Shown here piece after piece: positions 36,654-49,760 of a DNA stretch of 64,000 bases. The position numbers and the translations under genes are program-made. The notes beneath the pieces were generated by a model. It searched no databases. It was not told the origin of the DNA and worked only from the letters and a program-made list of their open reading frames with translations. The stretch is from Callorhinchus milii (Eukaryota): the NCBI RefSeq assembly GCF_018977255.1, contig NW_024704743.1:71612001-71676000 (forward strand), in the 5' to 3' direction. Every line of letters starts with the position of its first letter. The stretch's first letter is position 1.

Positions 36654-36857
36654 ATAAAGGAACTTGAATTATCAGATCACCCCTGTAAAATAATGCCCAT
36701 TGACTAGGGTCCATTGAAAGAACAAGCACATTTTTTGATATATTCCGTGGAATATTTTTTTCATCTGCACGGAATCTGTCTAATCTCAATTTCCACATTT
36801 TAAATAATTCCAAAATGTGTGTATTCCTGCAATAACCCAAAATAATCCAAAATTTGA

Positions 36858-37138
36858 GTGTCAGCTGGACTCAGTGGCAACACTCCTGTCTCTGAGTCGG
36901 AAGGTTGTGGTTTCAAGCCCCACGTCGGCATTTGAACTCGTCATCTAAAACGATCTCCAATGCAGATCTGGAGGCGTGTTGAGGTGTTGGAGGTGCCGTA
37001 CTTCAGATGAGATGTTAAACTGAGGTTCAGTCCTTCTGCTCAGGTGGACATTAAAGGTCCCATGGCACTATTTTAAAAATAGATGGGAGTTTTTCCAGGT
37101 GTCCTGGCCAACAATCCTCCCAAAATAAAATTGGTCAT
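36858..37138 (+). mobile_element. Deu-domain SINE lacking its tail
   Basis: gtcagctggactcagtgg...tctgagtcggaaggttgtgg...ggaggtgccgtacttcagatgagatgttaaac...caggtggacattaaaggtcccatggcactattt...ggtgtcctggccaaca. Confidence 0.85.
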
Positions 37139-37310
37139 AACGGATTATTACCCCCAGAATAGCAATCGCCAATCAACTAACAACCAGGTTCCTGCAAACA
37201 AAGGTGTGTGGTATAAGGAAACCAGCCTAGTGTTTCACCCTGCCCAGGAATCGAACCCAGGTCTTCTTACGTGTGAGGCAAATGCTCTAACCACTAAGCT
37301 ACAGATTCCA
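37139..37310 (-). mobile_element. tRNA-derived SINE, 5' half, facing the preceding Deu-SINE
   Basis: caccctgcccaggaatcgaacccagg...tgctctaaccactaagctacag is the reversed A/B-box head. Confidence 0.75.
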
Positions 37311-38769
37311 CAAGGTGTTGGCTCATGTGGAGCATGGACTAGTTGGGCTGAATGGACTATTTTTGTGGTTGTAGCATTTTATGTAATTCTATGTAATATT
37401 TGTCAGAGGGTGGCTTAACTGAGTGACAGTTTTTAATGAAATAAAGGAGGATAAGTCAATCAGCTCTACCATTGTGTACCATTATGTGGCTGGTTTAAGA
37501 ATGATATTCATTGGCTATCTTTCTATCTGCCCTTCTGTGCTGTGGCTATATGGGGGAGAACAGCAATGACATGCATCACAAAATGGGAGAAAGTAATCAC
37601 AAATATCCAATGTATGAAAATCATTGGCTTGCTCCAATAAAATCCATTGATGTTAGCCCAGTATTTGGACCTCTCTGTCAATTAGTGCATCAGCACAAAT
37701 TCAAGTCATCAACCAGATGGGTCAAGAGTGAATCAATAGGAAGCAAAGTCAATTTAATGCCTCCTAAAAGTACTGAAGTTTAATAATGTCCCAGATGTCT
37801 GCACTATTACCTCAATACTTCCAACATAAATGCAATTGGAAGTTAATGTTTATGGGATTGTTATTGATGAAAAAATATGCAATATCCTGTATATTCCCCA
37901 CTGGATTTATAAAACCCTCCTAAAGGAATCATAAACAAATCCCTATTTTGCCAGACATTTTATAATATTGATGTAACTTATTAGTACTTACTTTATACAA
38001 TTTCCCATTATGTTTTCAAAATATTATACAATATATCATTCTCAATATGAGAGCTCAGTCCAGAATCCTGTCTATACCAGTTTCTCATTCCATTGCTATA
38101 CTATTCATATATAAGCCATTAAGAGACTCACCTCAATTTACTCTCACTTTTTGTAGAGAAGCACCTGATCCCCTGGTTTGCCTGTCATTGCTTTCCTATT
38201 CTGCCTGAGATTCAGACCTTGTCCTGCACTTAATTCAGGGTGTGAACCCTTTATCTTTCACCCTGAGGCACCACACATTAGTACACCACTACCACATGCT
38301 ATCTATGTCATTAGCAGTGGTTTAAATACATTGGCAATCGATCGGTGTCTGAAAGCATTTCCTCTGCTAAGAAATGCACTAATTAACCATCTCCCCATTG
38401 ACTAGTGTTAATCATATTATCAAAAAAGCCACAGTAATGAAGCCCTTCAAACCATCCCCAGCTCTTTGATTGCCTCGTCCATTCACCGTATTTAAATATC
38501 TGAATCCCAATTTCTGCCAATTTTTCAGGATCTCATTCAGCTGTCTTTCAAATGATACTTTAACTATTGCAAATGAGAGAGGGGAGGGATGTGGTAGGAT
38601 TCCTATTTCTGTCCCGTGCTGAGATGTGGGGCTTCAACCCATAACCTGTTAACACAGACAAGAATGCTATCAACTGAGTCAGGCTGATATCTTGTGTGAA
38701 TTTGTGTGAATAAACATAGAAGGTTAAACAGGGTATTCACAAACATTTGCACTCAGCTAATAGATACAT

Positions 38770-39066
38770 GAAACCTTAGGCAAGATTCCTTACTCCACAC
38801 ACTTCTGTTGACCTAGCAGTAAGTACAAACCTGGTTATTAGTCAATTGGTGGATCACTATCCGGGGATAATAATCCCTCCAAAAAAAATAATTTGGTCAC
38901 TCAATCCACAACTGTTTGTGGGACACTGCTGTGCGCAATTGGCTGCCATGTTTCACCCATAAAACATCCAATCGATTCACTGTGCAATATATTCTGTGAA
39001 ACGCTTTGAGATGTCTCAACAACTTGATAAGGCGCTATATCAATTGCCAGGATGATTATTCTTATT
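38770..39066 (+). mobile_element. tRNA-derived SINE, headless
   Basis: aaaccttaggcaagattccttactccacac...cctagcagtaagta...gcgctatatcaa. Confidence 0.8.
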
Positions 39067-39584
39067 AAATTATGAGCAGTTTTTTGAGAAGCCTGAAATT
39101 CATTAAGGAATTAATTATGTGTCCACTAAAGTAAGTCTGTAGTTCATTAATTTAAGAGTCTCTATTTTTATTAAAACATTTTTAAAACAATCCTTCCAAG
39201 CAGAAAAAGGCAAATGCATGAACTGGAAAATATATTACAAGCAAATAATTGTATAACATATAGCTCTTTATGTTCCATTAGAATTACTTATTAAAGAATT
39301 AATCCATGGTGTCAGTTTAACCCTTTGAGGACTAAAACATCCTTTGATTTATAATTTTTTTTAAGATAATACCTAAAAACATCTAACTTCTAAGTCTCTG
39401 GATATAACGTAGGATTGTTCAGCACAAAACTATGCATTTTTATAGTTATTTTAATAATAATAATAATCCTTGCATTTGATATAGCGCTTTTCACGTCTTC
39501 TAGACATCTCAAACAGCTTGATTCTGGGAACAAAGTTTAAAACATAGTTTTAGATTCACAAGCTACTTTTCCACTATCTGTTCT

Positions 39585-39945
39585 TATAATAATAATCCTT
39601 GCATTTGATATAGCACCTTATCACATTTTCGAGATGTCTCAAAGCGCTATACAGAACATACTGTCAAGTGAATTGACTGTATATTTTGCATACAAAATGC
39701 AGCAACCAATTGCGCACAGCAGTGTCCAACAAACAGTTTTGGATTGAGTAGCCAAATTATATATCTTCTTTTCAAGGGATTTATTAGCACCGGAAAAGCG
39801 ATTTGCCAATCGACTAATGACCGTGTTCCTACAACTGCTAGGTAAAAAGAGGTGTGTGGAATAAGGAAAATTGCCTAACATTTTGGCCTGCCCAGGAATT
39901 GAAACCAGGTCCTCTCACTTTTGAGGTGAGTGCTCTAACCAATAC
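39585..39945 (-). mobile_element. tRNA-derived SINE
   Basis: Tail aataataatccttgcatttgatatagc through head cccaggaattgaaaccagg...tgctctaacca. Confidence 0.8.
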
Positions 39946-41228
39946 ACTCCTTTCTTCCCATACATATACACATTTGCTACACTTCACAGAAAAAAATTGT
40001 GTGAAACAATTTGAAACGGTTTGACAATGCTATATCGAATGGAAGGATTGGTTGTGAATATTTCATGAATATGTGTTGCATTTTTTAAATTCAGCAATTT
40101 AATAAAAACACATTTGTAATATTAAGATCCAATTCCACATTGTGACTCCTACATATTTCATTTATGTATCACCATCTTTATTTTTAGATTACTCCATGTG
40201 CAATCAGTGGGTGAGAGTGGTTGGGTGTCTTTGTAATGGTGAGCATCTCCTGTCCCTTACACCTTCTATCTATAAATGGTTGGAATCGCCAGCAACTAAT
40301 GCTTTAGTGTCCATTTAATATGACAGAGATGGATGGCTCCTTATAAAAACATTCTTAGTCTTTTTTTTGTCAGGTTAAAGAATAAAGCAGCTGTGCAGAA
40401 AGCATTGCAATTCACTGTTACTCAATGACAACCGCCTTTGGGCATCTGGAGATTTATTGGCTCCACGTATTAACATTCAAATGAGCAATTCATGAAATGA
40501 TTCAGTGAATTTAATTACCTTATTAACATCAGTTCAGAATTAAAAGAATGCCTTAGGAAGCTCCATTTTTTCTTGGGCAAAGTTTGGTGGCTAACTAAAC
40601 GCTAAGAGTTTGTTTGCAAAAATCCTTCTTCATTTGTGACTGTTAATGCCTTCATGTTGTCTTGCTATTTATGTACTGCAAATCAGAGCCTTAAATAGCT
40701 CCCATTCATTCTTCAGTGAATTCTCTTCGTGAAGAAACAGGGGAATACTTTAATACAAAGCAAACTGTTCTCGAACTTGGCAATCTATAAGAAGTAATGC
40801 CAGGAAATTAGAGATGAAACAGTTCAGATGTATTACTTTTAGCTGCAAAATGAATTAAGTTATAAAGTATTTTTTTCTAATCACTGTGGTAATTTCTCAA
40901 GTTAATACAATCATTATTATTCAGTTATTTTACAAGTCTATGCCATGGATACTAGCATTCCATAGCCCAGATATTCCTCTTATATTTTATAGTTTAATCC
41001 TAGACATTACTGTGATGTAGTTTGAGAAAATTTTGCAGTTTCTGGTGGTTTCATATAACTGCTATATTTGTTGAAATATACTCTTCATTGGCACTCACAT
41101 TGCTGCTCAATACTTATCAGCTACTATCAATGGTCAGTTGAAAAAATGTGTCAGAAATCAACAGCTTAGTTGATTTGACCAGCTTCATAAAGACTACAAC
41201 AAAGGAGTAATTTAACCATATAGCTAAC

Positions 41229-41300
41229 TACAGTGAAACCCTGTTATAGCATGATGTTTGTGATCCATAAAATCTTCATCTGCGTAATCACGAGGCATGG
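41229..41300 (+). mobile_element. pogo/Tigger-like DNA transposon left-end remnant
   Basis: TA+CAGTGAAACCCTGTTATA start; shares atccataaaat with the element at 54401. Confidence 0.4.
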
Positions 41301-42071
41301 TAGCAGATTTGGCTCACATTAAAAGAAAAATGGTCATCTTCTATGTTATTGAGACACCTCTAATGGCTTTTCTTGTTTGCTGCACATGTGTATTTTGTAG
41401 ATGAGTGTGGCGGCCAATTTGCATACAGCAATGTTCCGTAAACAGCCACAAAGGTAATGACCAATTATATTTGGGCGATTGTTGGCCAGGACACTGGGAG
41501 AAACTCCCTTCTCTTTTCAAGTGATAGCTTACACCCTGAACAAGCAAACAAGACCCTGGTTTCATCTGAAGGACATATATTATAATTACATTATTTTAAT
41601 CTAAAATACTATACAGCTAGTGTTCTGGGTACACAAACTTGGATTATTATCCTTTCTGATTCTAACTTGGACAGATTCCTGAAAGAAGCAAATGCCCTCC
41701 AATTGTTCTATTTGTTTCCTCCAAATGGTATCTTGTAGTTCAATGGTGGCATCAATGAAAAAATCTTCTCTGTAATAAAACTTTAATATTTCCTTTGTCT
41801 TGTTTTAAAAGCTACCAAGGTTGACTTTGATGATCCCAATGTATACTGTATACAAGACAAGAGAAGTAAAATGTTCCAATTGAACAATCACATAATAGTA
41901 ATAGTGTCAGAAATTGGTGAAATGTAAAAATTCATAAAGAATATGTTCTTAGGTCAGAGGTCAGAGTTAATAGAAAATTGTTGGGACAGAGGGCAGAGAG
42001 TCTTACATTGACCCTGACGATACCTAACATGAGAGTACTTGAAATGGGCACTGGTTACATTATATAATGTG

Positions 42072-42437
42072 TGTCAACCTGGCAAAACCCTTGCCTCTGA
42101 GTTGAAGTTTGTGGGTTCAAGCTCAACCTTCGACTTGGAACTCATTTAGTCTCATGCAGTGCTGAGGGTATGCTGCATGTTTGGAGATGCTGTCCTTCAG
42201 ATGAGACATTAAACCAACATTAAAGATCAAAAAGAGACTGGAATTTCTCTTGGTGTCCTGGCCAACATCATCCCAAATAAAATTGATCACTCACTTAATG
42301 GTTGTCTGTGGGATATTGTGCACAAATTGACTATTGCATTCACCCAAAAACACAGTCTCTCCACTTTACAGAATATCTTGTAAAGCACATTGGGATACCT
42401 GATGTGAAAGGTGCTTTACCAAATATAAGGATTATTA
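42072..42437 (+). mobile_element. Deu-domain SINE, near full length
   Basis: cttgcctctgagttgaagtttgtgggttcaagc...gcagtgctgaggg...ttcagatgagacattaaacc...ggtgtcctggccaaca...tail aaggattattat. Confidence 0.8.
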
Positions 42438-42474
42438 TATATAATATAATATATATATATACTATATATATAAA

Positions 42475-42640
42475 TGATCAGGACACTGGTATGGAAGTAT
42501 AATATCAACATTTCGAGACAACACAAAAATAGGGAGTGCTGCAAACTGAAGAAATCTGTAAATGACTTCAGATGGAAATAGACAGGTTGATGGATTGGGC
42601 AGATAGATGACAAACAAAATTTAATGTATGAAATGTCAAG
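42475..42640 (+). mobile_element. Old CR1 RT remnant
   Basis: ISTFRDNTKIG...LQMEIDRLMDWADR*QTKFNV resembles CR1 [11 protein letters not shown]...LQ.DIDRL..WA..WQM.FNV. Confidence 0.65.
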
Positions 42641-42715
42641 GATACAGTTGTAGTTAATGAATGCCCACAAACATTTTCCTATTTGCTTTCTAATGAAGCA
42701 TTTACCTTCACTCAC

Positions 42716-42766
42716 CACACTGCTCTTGTCTTCTGAACCATGATCTGCTGGTTAATTGGGCGCTTG
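42716..42766 (-). other. Candidate 51-nt exon on the minus strand
   Basis: ttttgtttttttaccag| ... GTGTG|gtgagt; length is a multiple of 3 and two frames are open. Confidence 0.25.
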
Positions 42767-43249
42767 CTGGTAAAAAAACAAAACTAGAAAAGTGACTTTA
42801 ATGTGATAGGTTACCTGGTATATGCCAGGGATGGGTTCTAAGCTCATATATGAATTGGTAACTTGGTATAAGGAATTTTTATGGCAAGAAATCTGGAGAA
42901 ATGGCTGTGGGGTATTGGAGACTGGGAGCAGTGAGCTGAAAAAAGCTGAGTGTTTCATTAGCAAGATGGGTCAATTCAAGAACAAGAAGAAACTTGTGAT
43001 ATTCCTCAACCCATTCCTTGTATTAAGTAAAACAAGGAACATGTTAAGCAATACTGCAAATTCCACTCCTATGTTTCTAGACAGTTGGGAGGAAATCTGA
43101 GAAAAGCATTCAAAATTATGAGGGGTTTTGATAAGGTAAATCGGGAGAAGTTAAAATAGGAAGAAATTATTTCCACTGGTTGGTGATTCAGTACCTAACT
43201 AGGCTACTGGGGTGGTGGGGTGTGCAGGGGGATGGAGAGATAAGTTTGG

Positions 43250-43635
43250 AGAAATCTCTGTGGAGCTGAACCACCTGGAACTTGTCAACAGAATGTTGCA
43301 ATCAAACCGGCTTTCTGTGGCGGGCTCGGTAGTATGATTCCTGAACCGGGCAAGTCCGCAGAATCCGTGCTCATGACTCCTGTAAGCCAAAACTCCAATG
43401 GTCCTAGCTGCACAAGCAGCGGACACTCTGGGTTCCCCATTCCTTGACTCTTGACGACCTGCACCTAATACTTTCTGGAACTAGGTAAGCAGGATGCATC
43501 TCTCCAGAGAGTGAGTGTGTATTCCATTCCAATCAATATCTCTGGAACTTCCATGTGTAGGTGGGATACATGGAACTTTGTTTGGCTTGGATGCTCTTAA
43601 GAAAGTAATGGGTTTCCACATGTGTCAGATACCGG
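43250..43635 (+). repeat. Unclassified ~600-bp repeat family, internally deleted copy
   Basis: tggagctgaacca...ctgcacctaatactttctggaactaggtaagcaggatgcatc...ttccatgtgtaggtgggatacatggaa...atgggtttccacatg. Confidence 0.8.
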
Positions 43636-43647
43636 GGACCCATTGGG

Positions 43648-43970
43648 TGAAATGTGGCAGCCAGTTGCGCACAGCAATGTTCCACAAACAGTTGTGGATT
43701 GAGTGACTGATTTTATTTGGGGGAAGGGGATTTGTTTGTCAAGACATTGGGAGAAATTCCCTTCTCTTTCCAAATATTGCCATAGGATTTTTAGCGTCCA
43801 CCTGAACAGGCAGATGGGATCTCAGTTTAACGTCTCATCCAAAGGACGTTCCCCCAACATTACACTGGAGTGTCATCTTAGACTATGTGAATCCATGTCC
43901 CAACATGGAGCTTGAACCCACAATCTTTTGACTCAGAGGTAAGAGTGCTACCATTGAGCCAGCCTGACAC
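43648..43970 (-). mobile_element. Deu-domain SINE
   Basis: gtccacctgaacaggcagatggg...gtttaacgtctcatccaaaggac...cttgaacccacaatcttttgactcagagg. Confidence 0.8.
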
Positions 43971-46543
43971 ATGAAGGAAGAAAATAGCAGCTGTATAGGA
44001 CATATACAGAACACTCTGTCCCTCCCTTTCAGAAATAGAAGCTGCTCCATCCAGGTTATGGATCCAAGGCCAATTGAATAGCCCACAAAATGCTGCAAAT
44101 TTCTCACTTATTATTAATAAAAAATATTTGCATGGAAAGACAAGTGCTCTTGAGATTCGGACAGTAACTTCCTTCTATCATCATTAAGAAGGCAATGAAT
44201 CAGTGTGCTTATAATAAGGCAAATCTATTAGGCCATTACAACTGCAATTTTGACAGAATGGAGAATCATTGTGTTAGAATAACATAGAAAGAATGAAATT
44301 TAAAAAAAGGTCACTTGACCCATCAAGCCTATTCCTTCCACAAAGCCTATTCCTTCCACAAAGCTTATTAAGGACTCTATCTAATCCATTTAATCTTGTG
44401 GGGAAAGTATCCAAAGTTTTTTCTCCCTGATTCCTTAGTTAAATTGAGCAAAGCTCTAATGCTTAGTCAGGTGTTTTTTTATGGTACCTAATCATATCTA
44501 AAGTCATCTTCTTGTGATCTCCATCTGTGATTATACTTAGAATTCTACTGTGCCTAAGGTAGTGGATTGCTATGTGTTGTAAAATATACAGGTGCCAATT
44601 GAGATGTGTGATTTGCCAGCGCTTATGGTGTTAATTAATATATCATGAAAAAAACTTTCCACACATGTCAGACATACAGCTAAAAAAAATTAGACCACTC
44701 CATTTGTTAAATCAAATGTGCTAGAGATGGATCCTCAACCAGTCATTCAAAATGGTTGCAATGAGAAGCCAACTTAATTCAATAAAAAGAGTTAAGTTGC
44801 TATTCTGTTAAGCAATAGTTTAACCCTGCAATCTGCCATGCAGCAGTGCAATGCTCTGGGTGCATTCATTGCGATTAGCTTTGGGGAAGGTTGCCTCAGG
44901 AACACTGAACAGTTAGTAACAACACATTGGCTGGTCTCTTTTTGCACCTTGTGTAAATGAACATCATCGATGTTAACACATCACATAAGTGCACAGGTTT
45001 TGCCCCACTGTATGCCAAACTGTTCCTGTTAAGTCTCATTGCCTGGCCCATAATAACTTGTACTGTGTCTTCACATAACGTGATTTTTTCTGAGGGAAAA
45101 TCTAACAAACAACTTTAAAAGGAAAATTTTTATTAGCCAACGTAACATCACTAACTATTTTATGAAAGGAGAGTAAATATTCAACGTGACTTAATCCATT
45201 GATTAAATTATTTTTGTTAAACTAAACAGTCTCCTACCATTCAAAACATAAGATTACTTCAGCAAAGTACCTAAACATGTCAGTTCAAATCAAAGCAAAT
45301 GGACATTTTTTAATATTCTCCTCATTCCTAACCCTCTGTTGTCTTTTGTGAACAAAAGGTACATGCAAACATACAATATAGCAATACACGGCAAGTAGCT
45401 GTAGCTGAAAACAAATGTACTGTTACTAATATGAAGGCAAGAGAAATATAGAAATAACTGACAGAATATGTAGTGGAGTTTGAGGCACCAAAATTTGTGT
45501 TCTACTGCTGTCACAAGAAGGCCAGTAAATACTGTATTTCATTGTGTCATCAAGATACAGCCAGCCACTTAACCTTTATAAACAGCTTATCACTGTCAGT
45601 TACATGAACACATCCACAGGCTTAATTCCTGCATGGTTGCAGAGGGCAAAAGTAATTTGGTTTCTGTGGCTTCTGGCACCTCTCATTAACTCCCTACAGA
45701 TAGTTATCATGCCAAATTTAACATTGCTTTTTCTGTCACATATACATTTTAAATATTCCAAGATAACGTTCAGCAAAAATTGTCCACATTTAGATCTGAA
45801 TGATTTTCAGCAACGTTAACTGCTGAAATTGATGCTGCTGAATGACTGCGCTTAGTTTTGACATTGATGAGAAACTACCACAAGCATTTGCATTTATATG
45901 GTTTTGTTTATATTTATGTAAAACAAGGTCTCCAAGTGCTTAACAAAGAGAGCAGTGGACAACAAGTAAGAAATGAGAGATGTTTAGAAATTACCAACCA
46001 CTACAACCTTTAGGGTAGGGTGTCCATTAAAAAAAATGAACTCATCACAATTGCTGGTGCTGGCAATACTGGAGAAGCTTGTTGGATTAATGGCTGTGTT
46101 TCTCTGATGAGTGTATCTGTTTTAGAATATTATTGTTCTGGCTCAGTTTGTTGCTGAACTCAAGATGGGCCAAATTTGACCAGGATCCTCATCCTCATCA
46201 AATACCTCACCCAAGGACTGTCAATGGAAATCGGGACGTATGGTCACCCTACTTTAGGGGATGTTTGAAAGCAGGGAGAGAAACAATAAGGTAAAGTTCT
46301 GAAGAACAAGCAGTTAGTGCAAGGAGTGGGGCATGAGAAATAACCCAGAGCCTGAAGAACAGAGTGACAAGCAAATAAATAATCCCAGCTCCACCTCCTA
46401 ACCAAACATTTCAACCTGAAACCATCACTTTAATTTAATAATCGCAACAACTACAAAAGCTTGCATTAGTTAAACAAATACACAAAGAAGTAAACATGCC
46501 CCCAAAAAATAACCATCAACATTTCATGAATGAAAATAAATGT

Positions 46544-46775
46544 GAGTCAGAAGTTGTGGGTTCAAGTCTCATGTTAGGACTTTAAACTCACAGTCAAAGC
46601 CGACCCTCCAATTCAGGGCTGCATTGGTAGAGGTGCTGTCCTTTAGATATGAAACTGAGGTCACATCTGTCTAGTTGAAAAGAGAAGGGAGTTTCTGCTG
46701 GTGTCCTAGTCACAATCCCCAATAAAATTGGTCATTCTGTTTGTAGGACATTGCTGTGTGCAAATTGCCTGCTAT
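46544..46775 (+). mobile_element. Deu-domain SINE, degenerate
   Basis: gagtcagaagttgtgggttcaagtc...gcattggtagaggtgctgtccttt...ggtgtcctag. Confidence 0.65.
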
Positions 46776-47569
46776 TTAGGAGGAGTTAGGAGCATATATT
46801 TAATATGAGTTATGCAAAGTATGAGTTATGTCAAACTTACATAGAATATAAACTCTTGAACAGGACTTGGGCAGATGTATGACTTAGGCAATTATACGAT
46901 TTGTACAAATCAAACTTATGCGAGTTTTACTGTATTTACTTTGGTCTTCTCTGGAAGGAGTCATGGAGATGCTTTCTCAAAGCTCCAATAGATTTTCAAA
47001 AAGGTTACTTTCAGAAGCTGGTAGTTTGAACAAAGACTTTACATAATTCACCCTCTCAATCCCTGGCCCCGACCGACTCCATCCAGAATATCTAGCAAAT
47101 TGTGAATTTGTAACCTGTGTATATCATGCATATTAACACTTGTGTAGTAAAATACTGTACAGTTATCAGTAGTTAGCTTGCTCCCAAGTTATTACTCCTT
47201 ATATTGTAAAGACTTCTTAAGGCCAGGGCTCAGTGGGAGTAAAGGGTCTCCTCTTTGCTACAGACAGGAATCTCAGATGAAAGGAGCTGCTTCTGATTAC
47301 AGAGACACTCCAAGAGACAAATATGTATGGCCAGAAACAGCAATAGCTGAAATGAAAGAATGTTTGACTTAAAGGAACAAGTTCCCAATCCTTCCTGCTG
47401 CCCAATCTGCCATGACAATTCATTGAATAGTTGTCTGTAGATTGGTATATAACAGATTGTTAGTTGTACACAAATACGGGTGTTAAACACCTCAGAAAAG
47501 ATGGCATTTTTGAATAGGAAAATAACGTTATTCTGAACCCCACCTGTTAATAAGGAGGAATTAATATAA

Positions 47570-47890
47570 AACAATTTATATAGCGCCTTTCACATCAAAG
47601 CACTTGACACTGCTGGCTGGGCGCCCGAGCTGGGAGTGGGAGATGAGGGAAATAGAATGTGGAAAGATGACTGAAAGTGAGGTCAAAGAGATGCGTCTTG
47701 AGATGAACTTTGAATAAAGGGAGGGAGGGAGCAAGAAGAAAGTCAGAACTTCTGGGATGGCGTTCTAGAGACCAAAATGGCTGAAAGTCACCAGCTGATT
47801 ATGGGGTGGATAGGCTGGGAGACATGAAGCAGGAAGGAAGCATCCGGTTAGGGAGGGTTGAAGAAACTCACAGAGGTAGGATTAAGGATT
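47570..47890 (-). mobile_element. Old L2 3' fragment
   Basis: atttatatagcgcctttcacatc tail followed by purine-rich reverse L2 3' sequence. Confidence 0.55.
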
Positions 47891-48354
47891 TCATTTTAAC
47901 AACAAGGACATTTTTGATTCACATTAAAAAGGCTTATAAAGTTTGGTATATATTTCAACAAAATACGTGTTAGATTTTCACCCAAACTTTGTTACTTTCA
48001 ATTTATTTTGTTGATAGGGAATTACACAGGATTTATACTTTTGAAAACTGCTCATATGTGTTGTGTGCGATGTAGTTCACAGGCCCTTTACCCTGAGCGA
48101 TCTTGGAGCCATGGTTCGTGAGGAGGAGACAGCAGGTGTGAGTTTTGTGGTTTGTCAGCAGAAGGGCTGCATAAGCTTGCGGAATCTATCCTTTTACAAA
48201 TTCTTCATCTCCCTTTCCGCAACACATCACAGAACAAGCCTGGTGAGCNAAAAAAATCATGCGGATTATAAACAAAGTACATGAAGATATTTCTAGCATC
48301 TTTCCAGATTTGAAATTCCAAACAGGTTATCAGTAAAAGAAAGCATCCAACAAA

Positions 48355-48955
48355 CCTGGGGGGCAGGTAAGTGGGGTCTCCTTGGAGCTGAACCAGCTCC
48401 TAGGTGACATGTTTGGCAATGGAATATCAGAAGTGAGCCAGCCCTCTGTGGCGGTCTCAGTAGTCTGGTTCCTGAACCAGGCTATTGTTGATGACAGCAA
48501 CAACAACAACTTGAATTAATGTAGCACCCTTCACAAGGGGCAGTCTAGGAGCGCTGAAAAATCACAGCCAGCCTGTCACATCGGCAAGCCTCGGAAGGGC
48601 AGACCAGTCATTGGGGGCAGGGAATCGTCCCACTCAGCTCCTGTTAACCCTGCAAGATAAGCCTAACAGGTAGGGTGGTCTTAGCTGGACAAAGCAGCAG
48701 AAAAGCTTTCCAGACAACAAAATCAATGGCTGTGTGGAAGTGGGATCCCTAAGCTTTGGCTCATGCCAACCTAAGCCAAATACTTTCCGCAATTAGATAA
48801 GCAGGATGCGTCTCTCCAGGGAGAGCGTGTGCATTCCATTTCAACAATCTAGCTCTCGAATCGCCATGTGTAGGTGGGATGCATGGAATTCTCAGTTTGG
48901 TTTGCATACTGTTAAGCACGGTGATGGGTTTCTCCATGTGTTACACACCTGGCTT
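48355..48955 (+). repeat. Unclassified ~600-bp repeat family copy with an L2-tail insertion (~48498-48558)
   Basis: cctggggggcaggtaagtggggtctccttggagctgaaccagctcc...gtgatgggtttctccatgtg. Confidence 0.8.
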
Positions 48956-49320
48956 ACTCCCAAAACATCACACACCCCTGGGCATGTCCATTTGGGATTT
49001 GGCTACAGTCATGGGTGACAAAGGCCTTGCCAACTGGAATCTGTTGATGAACATAAACCATAAATTTGCATTACAAAAAACATGCATGGCCTTCAAGACA
49101 ACTTGTTGTAGCAAGCTCTTAGGCTCCTGTTTTGCACCAGCTATCTTATTTGTTCAAGCACTGAATAACGCAATGACTTTCTTCGGTGAGATCATGGTGC
49201 AGATAATGATGGAATTGCCCTAGAATGCAACCACAGCTTGACAAGATGTAGATCTAACACTTAGAAGTCCTTTGACCAGAAGTTCCTTAAGGAAAGCCGA
49301 GCATATTCTTGTGGATTCAC

Positions 49321-49760
49321 TCGAATTCAAGATCCTCATCCTCACCTACAAGGCCATTCACGGCCTTGCTCCCTCCTACCTCTCTGACCTACTATCCCCC
49401 TACCTACCCGCCAGTACCCTCCGTTCCTCTGGCTCCGGTCTGCTCCACATCCCCCGCCCCAACCGCCCTACCATCGGTGGCCGGGCCTTCAGCCTCTCAG
49501 GCCCTAAGCTCTGGAACTCTATCCACCAGTGCCTTCGCCGTCTCCTCCCTTTCCTCCTTCAAGGCCGGTCTCAAGACCTTTCTCTTCACCGTGCCTTCAG
49601 CTCCCCTCTCGACTCTCTACCCCCTCCTCGCTCCCTCCCTTCCCTCCCCCTGACCATTTCCCCCCTGCTCGGGTCCTGACCCAACTGTACAGTGCCTTGG
49701 GATGTCCTCCCAACGTGAAAGGCGCTCTCTAAATGTAATCTTGTTGTTGTTGCTGTTGTT
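49321..49760 (+). mobile_element. L2 LINE 3' fragment
   Basis: EFKILILTYKAIHGLAPSYLSDLL...RPTIGGRAFSLSGPKLWNSI; (TTG)n tail; closely similar to 308-751. Confidence 0.9.

Noticed and set aside
44325..44364. 18-bp tandem duplication (aagcctattccttccaca x2)
   Set aside because: Real but an ordinary slippage event in a decayed CR1-type end.
48249..48249. Single N (another at 58478)
   Set aside because: Base-call ambiguity next to a homopolymer; no biological meaning.
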